A DNA stretch of 63,344 nt from a virus (taxonomy: Duplodnaviria; Caudoviricetes). Both the position numbers and the translations under genes were made by a program. The stretch is from positions 1 to 63,344 of IMG/VR virus record IMGVR_UViG_3300037228_000056; one strand, 5' to 3'. The notes below the pieces were generated by a model, which did not search any database, was not told the origin of the DNA, and worked only from the letters and a program-made list of their open reading frames with translations. Numbering within the stretch: position 1 is the stretch's first letter; every line of letters begins with the position of its first letter. This document shows, one piece after another, positions 9,031 to 18,389 of this stretch.

Positions 9031-9702
9031 ATGGCATCCGACGGCAACTGCCCAGGTTCCTGCAACGCCGCTCTCCGCAGGATCCTCGTCGGCGGAGGGG
9101 AAGTGCCCGAGGACATGCTGCCGGTGCCCGGCGATCCGGTTTTCTGCGCCAGGGACGCCGCCGCGCTCCGCCGGGAGCTGGCCGAGCTGGACGACCTCGC
9201 GTCGATCGCCGCCGCCGCCGCCGACGGGCACCGGGGAAGCCCGGAGCGCCAGCGGGTGGGAGGCACCCCGCGGACCGCGTCGCCCTCTCCGTGCGCCGAC
9301 GACCTCGACGACCTGGCCTCGGCGCTGAGGGGTTGGGAGTCCGCGATCCGCGGCGAGGACCCGCTGCCCCGCCGCGGCTACCTGGCCACCGAGATCACCA
9401 CCGTCACGGCGTGGCTCGTCACCCACTTCGACGCGCTGATCACGCACCCTGACATCGCGGCGGAGTTCGCGGCCGAGATCAGGGAATGGCACAAGCGCCT
9501 CGCAGCGGCCTCGAAAGCGGGCACCGGCCGCCACCAGAAAGGGCGCCCGTGCCCGCGCTGCGACCGCTACAGCCTGTTCTGGACCGAGGGCACCGACTAC
9601 ATCGAGTGCGGCACCCCCGAATGCGGCCGGCTGCTCTCGCTGACGGAGTACGAGTCCTGGGATACCGCGTACCCGCACCTTGAAGACGCGCGGGCATCCT
9701 GA
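9031..9702 (+). CDS. Zn-finger protein, candidate late-gene regulator
   Basis: C-terminal CPRC...C-GTPEC; sits directly before a strong promoter and the packaging genes. Confidence 0.6.
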   Translation: MASDGNCPGSCNAALRRILVGGGEVPEDMLPVPGDPVFCARDAAALRRELAELDDLASIAAAAADGHRGSPERQRVGGTPRTASPSPCADDLDDLASALRGWESAIRGEDPLPRRGYLATEITTVTAWLVTHFDALITHPDIAAEFAAEIREWHKRLAAASKAGTGRHQKGRPCPRCDRYSLFWTEGTDYIECGTPECGRLLSLTEYESWDTAYPHLEDARAS

Positions 9703-9711
9703 CCCCGCTGC

Positions 9712-9739
9712 TTGACAACTCGCGCGACCCCCCTAAACT
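9712..9739 (+). promoter_or_regulatory. Housekeeping-sigma-type promoter (candidate late promoter)
   Basis: TTGACA-N16-TAAACT. Confidence 0.65.
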
Positions 9740-9761
9740 CGCAAGCAGCAGAGCGACGTAT

Positions 9762-9801
9762 GCCTCCGGACGGGATTACCCGCCGGGGGCTGTTCTTGTT
9801 T
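9762..9801 (+). terminator. Promoter-proximal intrinsic terminator/attenuator
   Basis: GCCTCCGG-A-CGGG ATTA CCCG-CCGGGGGC stem followed by TGTTCTTGTTT. Confidence 0.6.
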
Positions 9802-9807
9802 GCGGGG

Positions 9808-10074
9808 GTGAGCGCCCCCGTGGAACTCCCGGCGCCGGCACCGGACGGCGTCACCTACGTGGTCACCAAGACCGCCGCGGCGCTGATCGGCGTCGCGGAA
9901 TGCACGATCACCCGCTGGCGCACCGCGGGCTACCTCAGCCCGGTGGAAGGCAGCCCGCCGCGAAGGCCGCTCTACCGCTGGCCTGATGTCGTTGAGGCCG
10001 AGTACCTCGCGCGGCAGGCCGCGATAGCCGCATCGGGAACCGACGCCCAGGTACGGCGGATCCGTGCCGCTTAG
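9808..10074 (+). CDS. MerR/excisionase-like HTH protein
   Basis: TKTAAALIGVAECTITRWRTAGYL...PLYRW. Confidence 0.7.
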   Translation: MSAPVELPAPAPDGVTYVVTKTAAALIGVAECTITRWRTAGYLSPVEGSPPRRPLYRWPDVVEAEYLARQAAIAASGTDAQVRRIRAA

Positions 10075-10083
10075 GAGGCTCCC

Positions 10084-10527
10084 GTGACCGCACCCCGCAC
10101 CCGCGAGGGCCTGCGGCTCGCCGTCGAGCTGTACTCTCACGAGCGCGGTGACGACTTCACGGGCGACGCGGTACTGCATGCCGCTGATATCTTCGACGAG
10201 CGGCTCGCGGAGTGCCCGCTGGAGCTTCCCGCCACCGGGCCGCAGATCCTCTCGGCCCTCGAAACGATCATCACCAGCCAGGAGAACATCATGACCGCAC
10301 TGACCGACCTGCAGGCCGCCGACTCCGCGCTCCAGGCCGAGGTGGCGACGTTCCTCGCCGACATCGCCACGGCGCTCCAGGCCGAGAACCCCGACATCGA
10401 GCAGGTCGTCTCCGACATCAACGCCCAGGTGGCAGCGCTCCAGGCAGCGGACCCGGCGAACGCTGCCCCCGTCACGCCGCCGGTAACCCCCCCGGCCGCT
10501 TCCGCAGCGCCGGGCGTCTCCAACTAG
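10084..10527 (+). CDS. Hypothetical coiled-coil protein
   Basis: AGGAGG SD; 147 aa. Confidence 0.6.
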   Translation: MTAPRTREGLRLAVELYSHERGDDFTGDAVLHAADIFDERLAECPLELPATGPQILSALETIITSQENIMTALTDLQAADSALQAEVATFLADIATALQAENPDIEQVVSDINAQVAALQAADPANAAPVTPPVTPPAASAAPGVSN

Positions 10528-10542
10528 CGCCGCGGGACCATC

Positions 10543-11127
10543 ATGGCCACGGGAGCGCGCGGGGGCACCGGGCGCTTCCGGCGGACCGTGGAGTCCGCTG
10601 CGCGCGACATGCGCGCGGCGGAACTCCACGGCCAGGGCTGGACGCACCAGCGCATTGCCGACGAACTCGGATTCGCGCACCGCGGCAAGGCGACGGAGGC
10701 GATCCAGCGCGCGTTCGCGTCCATCCCCACCGAGGGCGCGGAGATGGCCAAGCGCATCGACCTCGAGCGCATCGACCAGCTGATCGAGAAGAACTGGGAA
10801 GTCCTGGAGCGCCAGCACGTCACGGTCAGCCAGGGCCGCGTGGTGCGACGGTTCACCGGTGTGGAACGGCACGCCGACGGCATCGAGAAGCTGGACGCCG
10901 ACGGCAAGCCCATCCCTGTCTTCGAGGACGTGCTGGACGACGGCGCGGTAGCCACCTCGAGCACCGTCATCCTGCGGCTGCTGAAGCGCCGCGCGGAAAT
11001 GTACGGGTACGACGAGCCGGTGCACACGCGGGTGGAGATCGTGCCGCCCGAGGTGATCGAGGCCAACATCGCGCGGCTGGAGCTGGAGCTTGCCGGCAAC
11101 GACCCCGCTCGTCCAGGCGCCGCTTGA
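10543..11127 (+). CDS. terS: Terminase small subunit
   Basis: HTH GWTHQRIADELG, C-terminal RRAEMYGYD; overlaps the start of terL. Confidence 0.75.
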   Translation: MATGARGGTGRFRRTVESAARDMRAAELHGQGWTHQRIADELGFAHRGKATEAIQRAFASIPTEGAEMAKRIDLERIDQLIEKNWEVLERQHVTVSQGRVVRRFTGVERHADGIEKLDADGKPIPVFEDVLDDGAVATSSTVILRLLKRRAEMYGYDEPVHTRVEIVPPEVIEANIARLELELAGNDPARPGAA

Positions 11128-13933
11128 CCGGCTCCGCTACCTGCAGGAGCTTCAGCGCCGGTCAGCGCAGATCAAGCGGGGGGTGGCGAGGTACTACGAC
11201 GACCCGCTCGGGTTCGCGGCCGACTGCATCGACTGGCGCGGCGGGGGGCTGAAGGAGTACCAGCAGGAGATCATCGGCGAGCTGCCGTCCCGCAAGCGCG
11301 AGGCGGTCCGCGGGCCCCACACGCTCGGCAAGTCCACGATCGCCGCGGTCGCCGTCCTGTGGTTCGGGCTCACGCGCGATGCCGCGGGCGTTGACTGGAA
11401 GGTCGCGACGACCGCCGGGTCATGGCACCAGCTGACGAGGTACCTCTGGCCTGAGATCCACAAATGGTCCGGGCGCCTGCGCTGGGACAAGGTGCGCGAC
11501 GGGCGCCCGTTCACCCGGCAGGAGCTTCAGAACCTCAACCTTCGCCTGAGCCACGGCGCCGCGTTCGCGGGAGCCAGTGCCAACGCTGCGCTGATCGAGG
11601 GCGCGCACGCAGACTCGCTGATGTTCATCTACGACGAGTCCAAGGCGATCCCCGCGGGCACGTTCGATGCCTGCGAGGGCGCGTTCGGCGGCACGGGCGA
11701 GGCGCTCGCCCTGGCGCTCTCCACTCCCGGAACGCCAGCGGGCCGGTTCTACGACATCTGCACCCGCCGCGCCGGCTACGAGGACTGGCACCCGGTCCAC
11801 GTCACGCTGGAACGGGCGATAGCCGCGGGCCAGGTCGATGAGGCGTGGGCTGACCAGCGCGCACGGCAGTGGGGCACCCAGTCGGCGATCTACGTCAACC
11901 GGGTGCTCGGCGAGTTCCACGCCGGCGACGAGGACTCCGTGATCCCGCTCGCGTGGGCTGAGGCCGCGGTGATCCGCTGGCTTGAATGGGATCTCGCCGG
12001 AAGGCCCGGAACCGAGTCGGCGTGGCCGCGGACCGTCGGCGTGGACGTGGCCAGGTCGGGCTCGGACAAGACGGTCCTGGCACCGCGCCGCGGCCCGGTG
12101 ATCATCGACCTTCGCCGCTCGGTCAAGGAAGACACGATGCAGACCACTGGCCGCGTGAAGGGCGTCCTTGACGCTGACCGGGGGCGCACTACCCCCGTGG
12201 TGGACGTGATCGGCATCGGCGCGGGCGTCGTCGACCGGCTCCGCGAGCAGGAGTACCGCGTTGAGGCGTTCAACGCATCGGCCCGCAGCGATCGCCTCGA
12301 CGCCACGGGCGAGCTCGGGTTCATCAACTGCCTAACCGGCGATGCGCGCGTCACTCCGGTCGGGAACCTCCGGCGCATCTACCGGAGTCGCCACGAGGGA
12401 CCGCTTCTCCAGGTCGAAACGGCCAGCGGCGACCACTTCACCGCCACCCCGAATCACCAGGTACTGACGCTCCGGGGATGGGTCGCGGTCCAGTCGCTCC
12501 GCGTGGGCGACAAGCTCTGCGATGCCTCGGTCCGTAATGCGCCGGATGCAGCCGCCGTTCGGCCAGAAGTAGACGACGTGCCACCCAAGCTCAGCGAGGT
12601 CTATCGCGCGGCTGACGTTGTGTTCGGATCGGAACGGGTGCAGCGCGGGACTGTGGACTTCCATGGCGACCGACCTGCGGGTGAGGTCGATGTTGTAACG
12701 ATCGACCGCCGACTGCTGGCCCGTTATCCATCCTCCGGGCAGTGCGCCGAGCACCATCAGTTCATCAGGCTTCTGATACTGGCGGGTCAACTCCCGCGTC
12801 CGGGAGCGCTTGCGCATGCGGTCGGGGTGCGTGACCGGATAGGACGGATAGCTGCGTCCCTCCCAGACGGGAGGATGCCTTGTCCCGCGCTCCCTTCGCT
12901 GGGCGAGGGTGAGCCGGTTGAGGACGAGATTGTTCGCCTCGGTGATCGTTCGCGCCGTGACGCCATGGTCACTCAGGACGCGGTAGATAATCCGTTCAGA
13001 GTGACCGTAGGCGAGCGCCAGCGTCTTGGCCGATTCCCCCTCCATGTAGCGCCGGACGACCTCAGGCTCGTCAAGGTGAACCGTGCGGGTGAGGCGCATG
13101 GACTCGGCGTGCACGCGGGCCGTGACCTCGGCTTCGCTCAGGACGCGGCGAACCGCGTAAGGGTCAACTCCGAACGCCTTGGCCAGCGCGTGCACCGACT
13201 CGCCGACCGCGTAGCGGGCGACGAGGGCTGCGGAATCGACATTCGCGGCGGTCGCGAGCCTGGTGGCCTCGGCTTGGCCGCGTGGCTTGATTCCGTGTAC
13301 GTCAAGAACCTCGCGGATGGTGCTCCGGTCGGTCCGGTAGAGCTTGGTCAGCGAGTTAAGGGACTCGCCGGCGAGATAGCGCTGGATGAGGTCATCAGAG
13401 TCGAACTGACTGCGCCTGCCCTTGGGCATGAGGCACCTTTCGTTTACACGCTCGAAACGTCTACGGGGTCCTACGGTACCGCCAATGTGGTACATCGGAA
13501 CTGCCGGTCGGCGGCCTGGTGGGGCCTGCGCGAGATGCTGGACCCGTCATCAGGCTCGGAGGTCTGCCTTCCCGACGACGACATGCTTCTTGGCGACCTC
13601 TCGGCGCCGCAGTGGAAGGTGCTGAGCGGCGGCAAGATCCAGGTGGAGTCCAAGGAGGAGATCACCAGGCGCCTCGGCCGGTCAACGGACGACGGCGACG
13701 CGGTAGTCCAGGCTTTCTGGCTCACGTCGGCCCCGCATCAGGCGAACGCCCGCCAGTATGCCCTGCAGGCCGAGCTGGACGCGCTGACCCGTCCCGCCGA
13801 TCCGCGCCGCAGGCTGGCCGGTGATCCCTCGCGGCACGACGGCCGGCGTGATGACGGCTGGTCGCTGGACTCATTCGCGCCGCAGGAAGACGCGGGAAGG
13901 CCGGCGCGGCCTAACGTGCACTCGTGGCGCTGA
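11090..13933 (+). CDS. terL: Terminase large subunit containing an intein
   Basis: Walker A GPHTLGKS, Walker B FIYDES, nuclease GVDVA and DDGDA; spliced junction reads GFIN/CRSAAWWGLREML. Confidence 0.92.
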   Translation: MPATTPLVQAPLDRLRYLQELQRRSAQIKRGVARYYDDPLGFAADCIDWRGGGLKEYQQEIIGELPSRKREAVRGPHTLGKSTIAAVAVLWFGLTRDAAGVDWKVATTAGSWHQLTRYLWPEIHKWSGRLRWDKVRDGRPFTRQELQNLNLRLSHGAAFAGASANAALIEGAHADSLMFIYDESKAIPAGTFDACEGAFGGTGEALALALSTPGTPAGRFYDICTRRAGYEDWHPVHVTLERAIAAGQVDEAWADQRARQWGTQSAIYVNRVLGEFHAGDEDSVIPLAWAEAAVIRWLEWDLAGRPGTESAWPRTVGVDVARSGSDKTVLAPRRGPVIIDLRRSVKEDTMQTTGRVKGVLDADRGRTTPVVDVIGIGAGVVDRLREQEYRVEAFNASARSDRLDATGELGFINCLTGDARVTPVGNLRRIYRSRHEGPLLQVETASGDHFTATPNHQVLTLRGWVAVQSLRVGDKLCDASVRNAPDAAAVRPEVDDVPPKLSEVYRAADVVFGSERVQRGTVDFHGDRPAGEVDVVTIDRRLLARYPSSGQCAEHHQFIRLLILAGQLPRPGALAHAVGVRDRIGRIAASLPDGRMPCPALPSLGEGEPVEDEIVRLGDRSRRDAMVTQDAVDNPFRVTVGERQRLGRFPLHVAPDDLRLVKVNRAGEAHGLGVHAGRDLGFAQDAANRVRVNSERLGQRVHRLADRVAGDEGCGIDIRGGREPGGLGLAAWLDSVYVKNLADGAPVGPVELGQRVKGLAGEIALDEVIRVELTAPALGHEAPFVYTLETSTGSYGTANVVHRNCRSAAWWGLREMLDPSSGSEVCLPDDDMLLGDLSAPQWKVLSGGKIQVESKEEITRRLGRSTDDGDAVVQAFWLTSAPHQANARQYALQAELDALTRPADPRRRLAGDPSRHDGRRDDGWSLDSFAPQEDAGRPARPNVHSWR
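12329..13501 (+). mobile_element. Intein in TerL (391 aa), no sense-strand endonuclease
   Basis: Cys1 CLTGDARV, block B TATPNHQV, block F VYTLET, end VVHRN|C. Confidence 0.85.
12332..13429 (-). CDS. Antisense intein-embedded putative homing endonuclease (3x HTH + DUF559/Vsr-like domain), 365 aa
   Basis: GAAAGGTG SD 4 nt before ATG 13429; three RY..GES...L.....S/D.....L repeats; E...Q..VDRYNIDL...AMEVH...H...R..L..LGWHVVYFW. Confidence 0.8.
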   Translation of the reverse strand: MPKGRRSQFDSDDLIQRYLAGESLNSLTKLYRTDRSTIREVLDVHGIKPRGQAEATRLATAANVDSAALVARYAVGESVHALAKAFGVDPYAVRRVLSEAEVTARVHAESMRLTRTVHLDEPEVVRRYMEGESAKTLALAYGHSERIIYRVLSDHGVTARTITEANNLVLNRLTLAQRRERGTRHPPVWEGRSYPSYPVTHPDRMRKRSRTRELTRQYQKPDELMVLGALPGGWITGQQSAVDRYNIDLTRRSVAMEVHSPALHPFRSEHNVSRAIDLAELGWHVVYFWPNGGCIRRITDRGIAELVAHAERLDRDPSPERQYLVIRGGGEVVAAGRFDLEKRSLVATPVDAPEVPDRSDARIAG

Positions 13934-13953
13934 GCCGAATGTATTCTTGACGC

Positions 13954-14494
13954 ATGGTCAATGAAAGTCGGCCCGGAGAGCTTATCGGAGCGTCTGGGGT
14001 GGCGTCGCGTCTCGGTATCTCGCGACAGCGCGTCAACGATATCCGCAGGGACGCGCGGCTTTGTTTCCCAGAGCCTGCCTTCGCGCCTGGAGGCAGGGCA
14101 CTGTGGTGGGCAGCCGACATCGACGCTTACGCGGCGACCCGGAACACGCGGCCAGGACGCCCGAAGGCTGCCGATCCGGTGCTCCGCATCCCGGCCGGAA
14201 CGGTCCGGCCCGGCGACAAGATCCGCCTTTACTCCGAGGGCACCTTCTCTGAACCGGTAGCGGCGACGCTAACGGAGTACCCCGACGGGCTTCGGTGGTC
14301 CCGTCCTGACATCCGTGCCATCGGCGAGCAGTCGCGCGCTGATGATCTCCGCAAGCTCGGCATGACTGAGGCCGATGCGCGCGCCGACCTCGACGCGATC
14401 AATGCGGCGATTGCGACCGCGCCGAAGCCGTGCAAGCACCCCCCATGTCCTCAAGGGCTGGTGCAACGACTGCAAGACCGGCGGTCACTACTGA
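13954..14494 (+). CDS. AlpA-like HTH protein, probably frameshifted at C6 run 14439-14444
   Basis: Leaderless (TATTCT 6 nt upstream); IGASGVASRLGISRQRV...FPEP; removing one C gives CKHPHVLKGWCNDC...TGA 14494. Confidence 0.5.
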
Positions 14495-14497
14495 GAA

Positions 14498-14582
14498 CCA
14501 GGATGCCCCTGCTCTCCCGGTTGAGCTACGGGCCGGATCGCCAGCCCGACGGGATTCGAACCCGCAACCGAGGGCATCCCGG
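14498..14582 (-). ncRNA. Circularly permuted tRNA-like RNA (YrlA/Y-RNA-like architecture)
   Basis: Order 5'->3': T-arm GCGGG TTCGAAT CCCGT, acceptor stem closed by CGAT loop, TA, D-arm GCTC AACCGGGA GAGC; enclosed by a 12-bp terminal stem. Confidence 0.7.
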
Positions 14583-14613
14583 CCCTGTTGCCGATCCTAA
14601 AGGCAGGCACGCG

Positions 14614-15143
14614 ATGACCCTTCCCCGCACCGACACCGCAGCGGCGCTGAGGCTCGCAGGCAGGCGAGACGAGATCCACCCGGCAGATGCCATGGCATTC
14701 ACCTACCCGGACCGGGAGTACTTCGAGGCGTCGGCGAAACGGGACCGCGAGAACAACGGCAACGAGGTCATCGGGCCGTTCGAGACGGACGAGGGCCTGA
14801 TCGGCATCGTGAGCATGCAGCCGCAGATGCGCGCGCGGGGATGGGAAGTCACCGATCCCGCGCTGCCCGACGACTACGGTCCCGGTGCCGTGAAATCCCG
14901 CGCGGTCTGACCATGGCCGTAGTCCTCTACACCGCCCAGCGCGACCTTCAGGTCTGGTCCGCCGTCGCCTCGTGGATCGCGCCGGCGGGAAGCAACCTGC
15001 CGCTTGACGACTGCAGCCCGTTCACTGCCGGCCTGCTGGCGGCGGGAGGGATCGCGCTGGCGCCGCCGGGATCAGTCGACACGGCGAGCCCGGCGAACAT
15101 CGAAAGAGGCATGCCCGGCCTCAAGGTCGGGGTGAGCAACTAA
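14614..15143 (+). CDS. Two hypothetical genes (14614-14910; 14913-15143)
   Basis: SD-like AAAGGCAGG before ATG 14614; ATG 14913 lies 2 nt after the stop. Confidence 0.55.
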
Positions 15144-15723
15144 CCGCGAGTCCACGCGCCGTCCTGCCACCAGTCGCCGCCGTGCTCGCGGCTCAGGTCG
15201 TTCGCCTCGGCGAAGGTCATCGCGAACTGGTGGTAGACCTCGCCTGGCCGGCCGGCAACGACGCGCGCGATCGTCTCGCGGGCGCTCTGCCGCGCTGAAT
15301 CCGCCGCCCGCTGCGCGTAGTAGTCCTCAAGCGCTTGCGGGCTGCCGTCCATGAGTATCCACGAGTCCGTGCCGGTGGAGAACACGGCGAGGTTGCCGTC
15401 TGGCTGCCTGATGATCTGATGGCCCACGGTTAGCCGATCACCGAGCGCCAGTCCACGTTTCTCGCGAGATCCTCGTAGTCGCGCCGGGCCTGAGTCGCGC
15501 GCTCGATCGCCTCGGCGACGGCAGCGCCGGTCATGCGCGCGCAGATCGCGTCCGTGATCCGTTCCGCAGTCGCCTGGTCGGCCATCTCGTCAACCACGTC
15601 CAGCAGGTCGCAGGTGTACCGGACCTGCTGACAGTAAAGCGCCTCGGTCATGAGCACTCGCCGGGCGTCGCCGTGACGGGACAGGTGCTCGCGCAGCCGG
15701 ATCGCTGATGACATCTCGGGCAT
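15140..15723 (-). CDS. Two antisense moron genes (15430-15723; 15140-15427)
   Basis: Leaderless -10 TACGCT 6 nt before ATG 15723. Confidence 0.6.
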
Positions 15724-15752
15724 GCGCCCAGCGTAGCCGGGAGGTGCCAGCG

Positions 15753-18378
15753 GTGCCCGATTCCCAGAACGCGAAAGTCCTCCAGTTCCCGGACCTCGCG
15801 CCGAAGGCCCGGCGCCAGCTCATGCAGCCCGAGCTCGGCACGCAGTACGACTCGATGGACCGCATGTTCGCCTACTGGGCGGACGGCTCAGTCCTGGACT
15901 ACGGTGAGTGGACCTCGCGGGACATGGAGACCATGCTCGTCCGCGACGGGCAGGCCGCGGCGATCGAGGCCGTGATCACGCTGCCGATCCGGCAGGCGGC
16001 GACGGCGATCGAGAAGGCGACCGGCGACAAGGGCGAGGCCGATTTCTGCCGCTCGGTGCTGATGACCCCGCACACCGGCGGCGGCATGGAGACGCCGCTG
16101 CAGGACGTGATCGGCCAGCTCACCTCGGCGCAAACGTTCAGGAAAGCCTTTTTTGAGAAAGTTTGGAACATCCGCGACTCGGACGGCAAGATCGTCTACG
16201 ACAAGCTCGCGTTCCGGCCCGCGTCCACCTGCGAGCAGAAGCGCAATGCCCGCACTGCCGCGCGAGAGGGGTTTGTGCAAAGGGACTGGCTTTTCGGCGC
16301 GGGCGCAATGGAAATCGGAAAGCCAAAGAGCAAGACGCCTGGCTACGTGGAAATCCCGCAGATCCGCTCGTGGGTTTACGTAAACGGGAAGCACAGGAAG
16401 CCGCTAACCGGAACGTCTGAATTGGATCTTTGTTACTGGGCATTGGCGTATAATTCAGAAGTGCAGACGCCAAACGGTCCCGTAGCGATCGAAGACCTGT
16501 ATCCAGGCGATTTCGTTTTCGGTTCCGACGGTGAGCCGACTGAGGTTCTCGACGTCCTCGACCGGGGCGTGCAACCGATGTACCGCATCCGCTTCGACGA
16601 CCAGACGAGCGTGCTCTGCTCTGCCGATCACCTGTGGACAGTTGCGGAACGCCGCACCAACGGCAACGCCTGGACCAAGACGGTCCCGACTTCCTACATG
16701 ATCAAGACGGGCCTGAGGCTGTACGACGGCTTCCGGTTCATGGTTCCGCTGTGCGGAGAGGTTCAGTACCCTGAGCGCGACCTGATCATCGACCCCTATG
16801 TAATGGGTGCGTATCTCGGTGACGGGGGCGTTCAGAGAACCCGGAACGGCATCAACACTCCCACCCACGGCATCCAGTCCCCGACCTTCACGTGCGATGA
16901 GGATGACGCCGAGATCATCACGGAGATTGAGCTGAGGCTCTCGCCAGGGATCGAACTGAGGCGTCACGATGCCCTGCACTACGGCGTGACCGACACTCTG
17001 AAGGTTAAGCAGAACCGCTTCCGCGATGCGCTGGTCACGCTCGGCGTTGCCGTGCGTTCGCCGGAGAAGTTCATCCCGCAGATCTACCTCACAGCGTCCT
17101 CGAAGCAGCGGTGGGATCTGCTGCGCGGCCTCATGGACACCGACGGCCACGCTAGGGAAAAGACGCGGTCGATGTTCACCAGCACATCAGAGCGTCTTGC
17201 GCGGGATGTTCAGCTCCTCGTTCAGTCGCTCGGCGGCCGGGCAACCGTAACGGGGCCGAAATGGAGCGACGGCGGCACCCTGGACGGCCATGTGATCACG
17301 CGGCGCCACGCCACGTGGATTGTCTTCATCACCACACCCGAGCCTGCTTTCCTGCTTAAGCGGAAGGCCGACAAGTGGGGAGGAGGTGGTTACGAGAGAA
17401 AGAACAACTTCAAGTCAGTTGTCAGCATCGAGCCTGAGGGCGAGAAGGAGTGCCGTTGCATAACGGTCGCGAACGAGGACGGCCTGTTCCTCGCTGACAA
17501 CTACACGGTCACGCACAACTGCTACCAGACCAAACTGAAGCTGGTCTTTCTTTTAGCGGCTCTGGCTGCAATTCTTGGAACAGCAATCATTGCCTAAAGT
17601 GATCATGTACGGCCAGGATCCGCGCGAGGCCAACGCCCACGCCGACGACCTGGCCTCGATGCGGGCCTCGGGCGTGATGGGCCTGCAGCGGCCACCGCAG
17701 GGCGCGAAGACGTTCGAGATCCTGGAAAGCTCCGGCAAGGGGGCCGACCAGTTCAGCGCAGCGCTGTCGTTCCTCGAGACGTGGCAGGTCTCATCCGTGC
17801 TCGCGGGCTTCACCGGCCTCGCGTCGCTGGCATCGCTCGGCCGCGGGTCGCTGGCGCTGTCTCAGGACCAGAGCGCGTTCTTCCTCAAGTCGCGCCAGGC
17901 CGTCACGCAGGAGATGGAGACCGCGATCACGCACGACGTGATCGCCCCGCTGGTGACCCTGAACTTCGGTCCCGGCGCGGCGTACCCGAGCTTCAAGTTC
18001 GGGGCGCTGACCGACGAGTCCGACACGGCGCTGGTGACCCTGTTCCAGGCGATGTCCGTAGCTCCCGCGCTGCAGGTGCCGAACGGCATCCTGGACATCA
18101 TCACGACCCGGCTGGCGACCTACCTCAACCTCGATGTCAGCGCGGTAGAGGCGATCATCCAGCAGGGCGCGAAGGACCGGGCCGCGCAGGCGCAGGCGAT
18201 CGCGCCGCCGGGAATGCCGCCGCAGGCAGCCGCCCAGCTCGGCGCGCTCGCCGGGGGCGTCAGCGCGGCGGACAGGATCGCGAAGGCTGCCATTGCCCAG
18301 TCGGACGCGCAGCCGCTGCCAGAGGACACGTCCCAGCCGTTCGACGTGCCGCAGATGGGACTTCAGCCGAAGGCGTAG
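15753..18378 (+). CDS. Portal protein (Mu gp29/DUF935-like) with class 3 intein and a 10-nt coding gap at 17553-17562
   Basis: GGAGGTG SD plus GTG 15753; restored junction TGTSELDLCYW/CYQTKLKLVFL/WLQFLEQQSLP; C-part GSLALSQ...IAPLVTLNFG...YPSFKF. Confidence 0.85.
16440..17519 (+). mobile_element. Class 3 intein with LAGLIDADG endonuclease (360 aa)
   Basis: Ala1 (ALAYNSEV); WCT signature (ADHLW, CRCITV, TVTHN|C); GAYLGDG and LRGLMDTDG motifs. Confidence 0.9.
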
Positions 18379-18389
18379 GGTACGGAACC

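Noticed and set aside
14498-14582. Canonical tRNA gene
   Set aside because: Arms are permuted, with no anticodon loop and no free acceptor/CCA end
13954-14910. Single 318-aa protein
   Set aside because: Appears to be a chance fusion through a C-run frameshift; it spans a structured RNA and has an internal SD plus ATG at 14614
17575-18378. Independent gene downstream of the portal
   Set aside because: No SD before TTG 17575; the sequence continues the portal motif across the 10-nt gap
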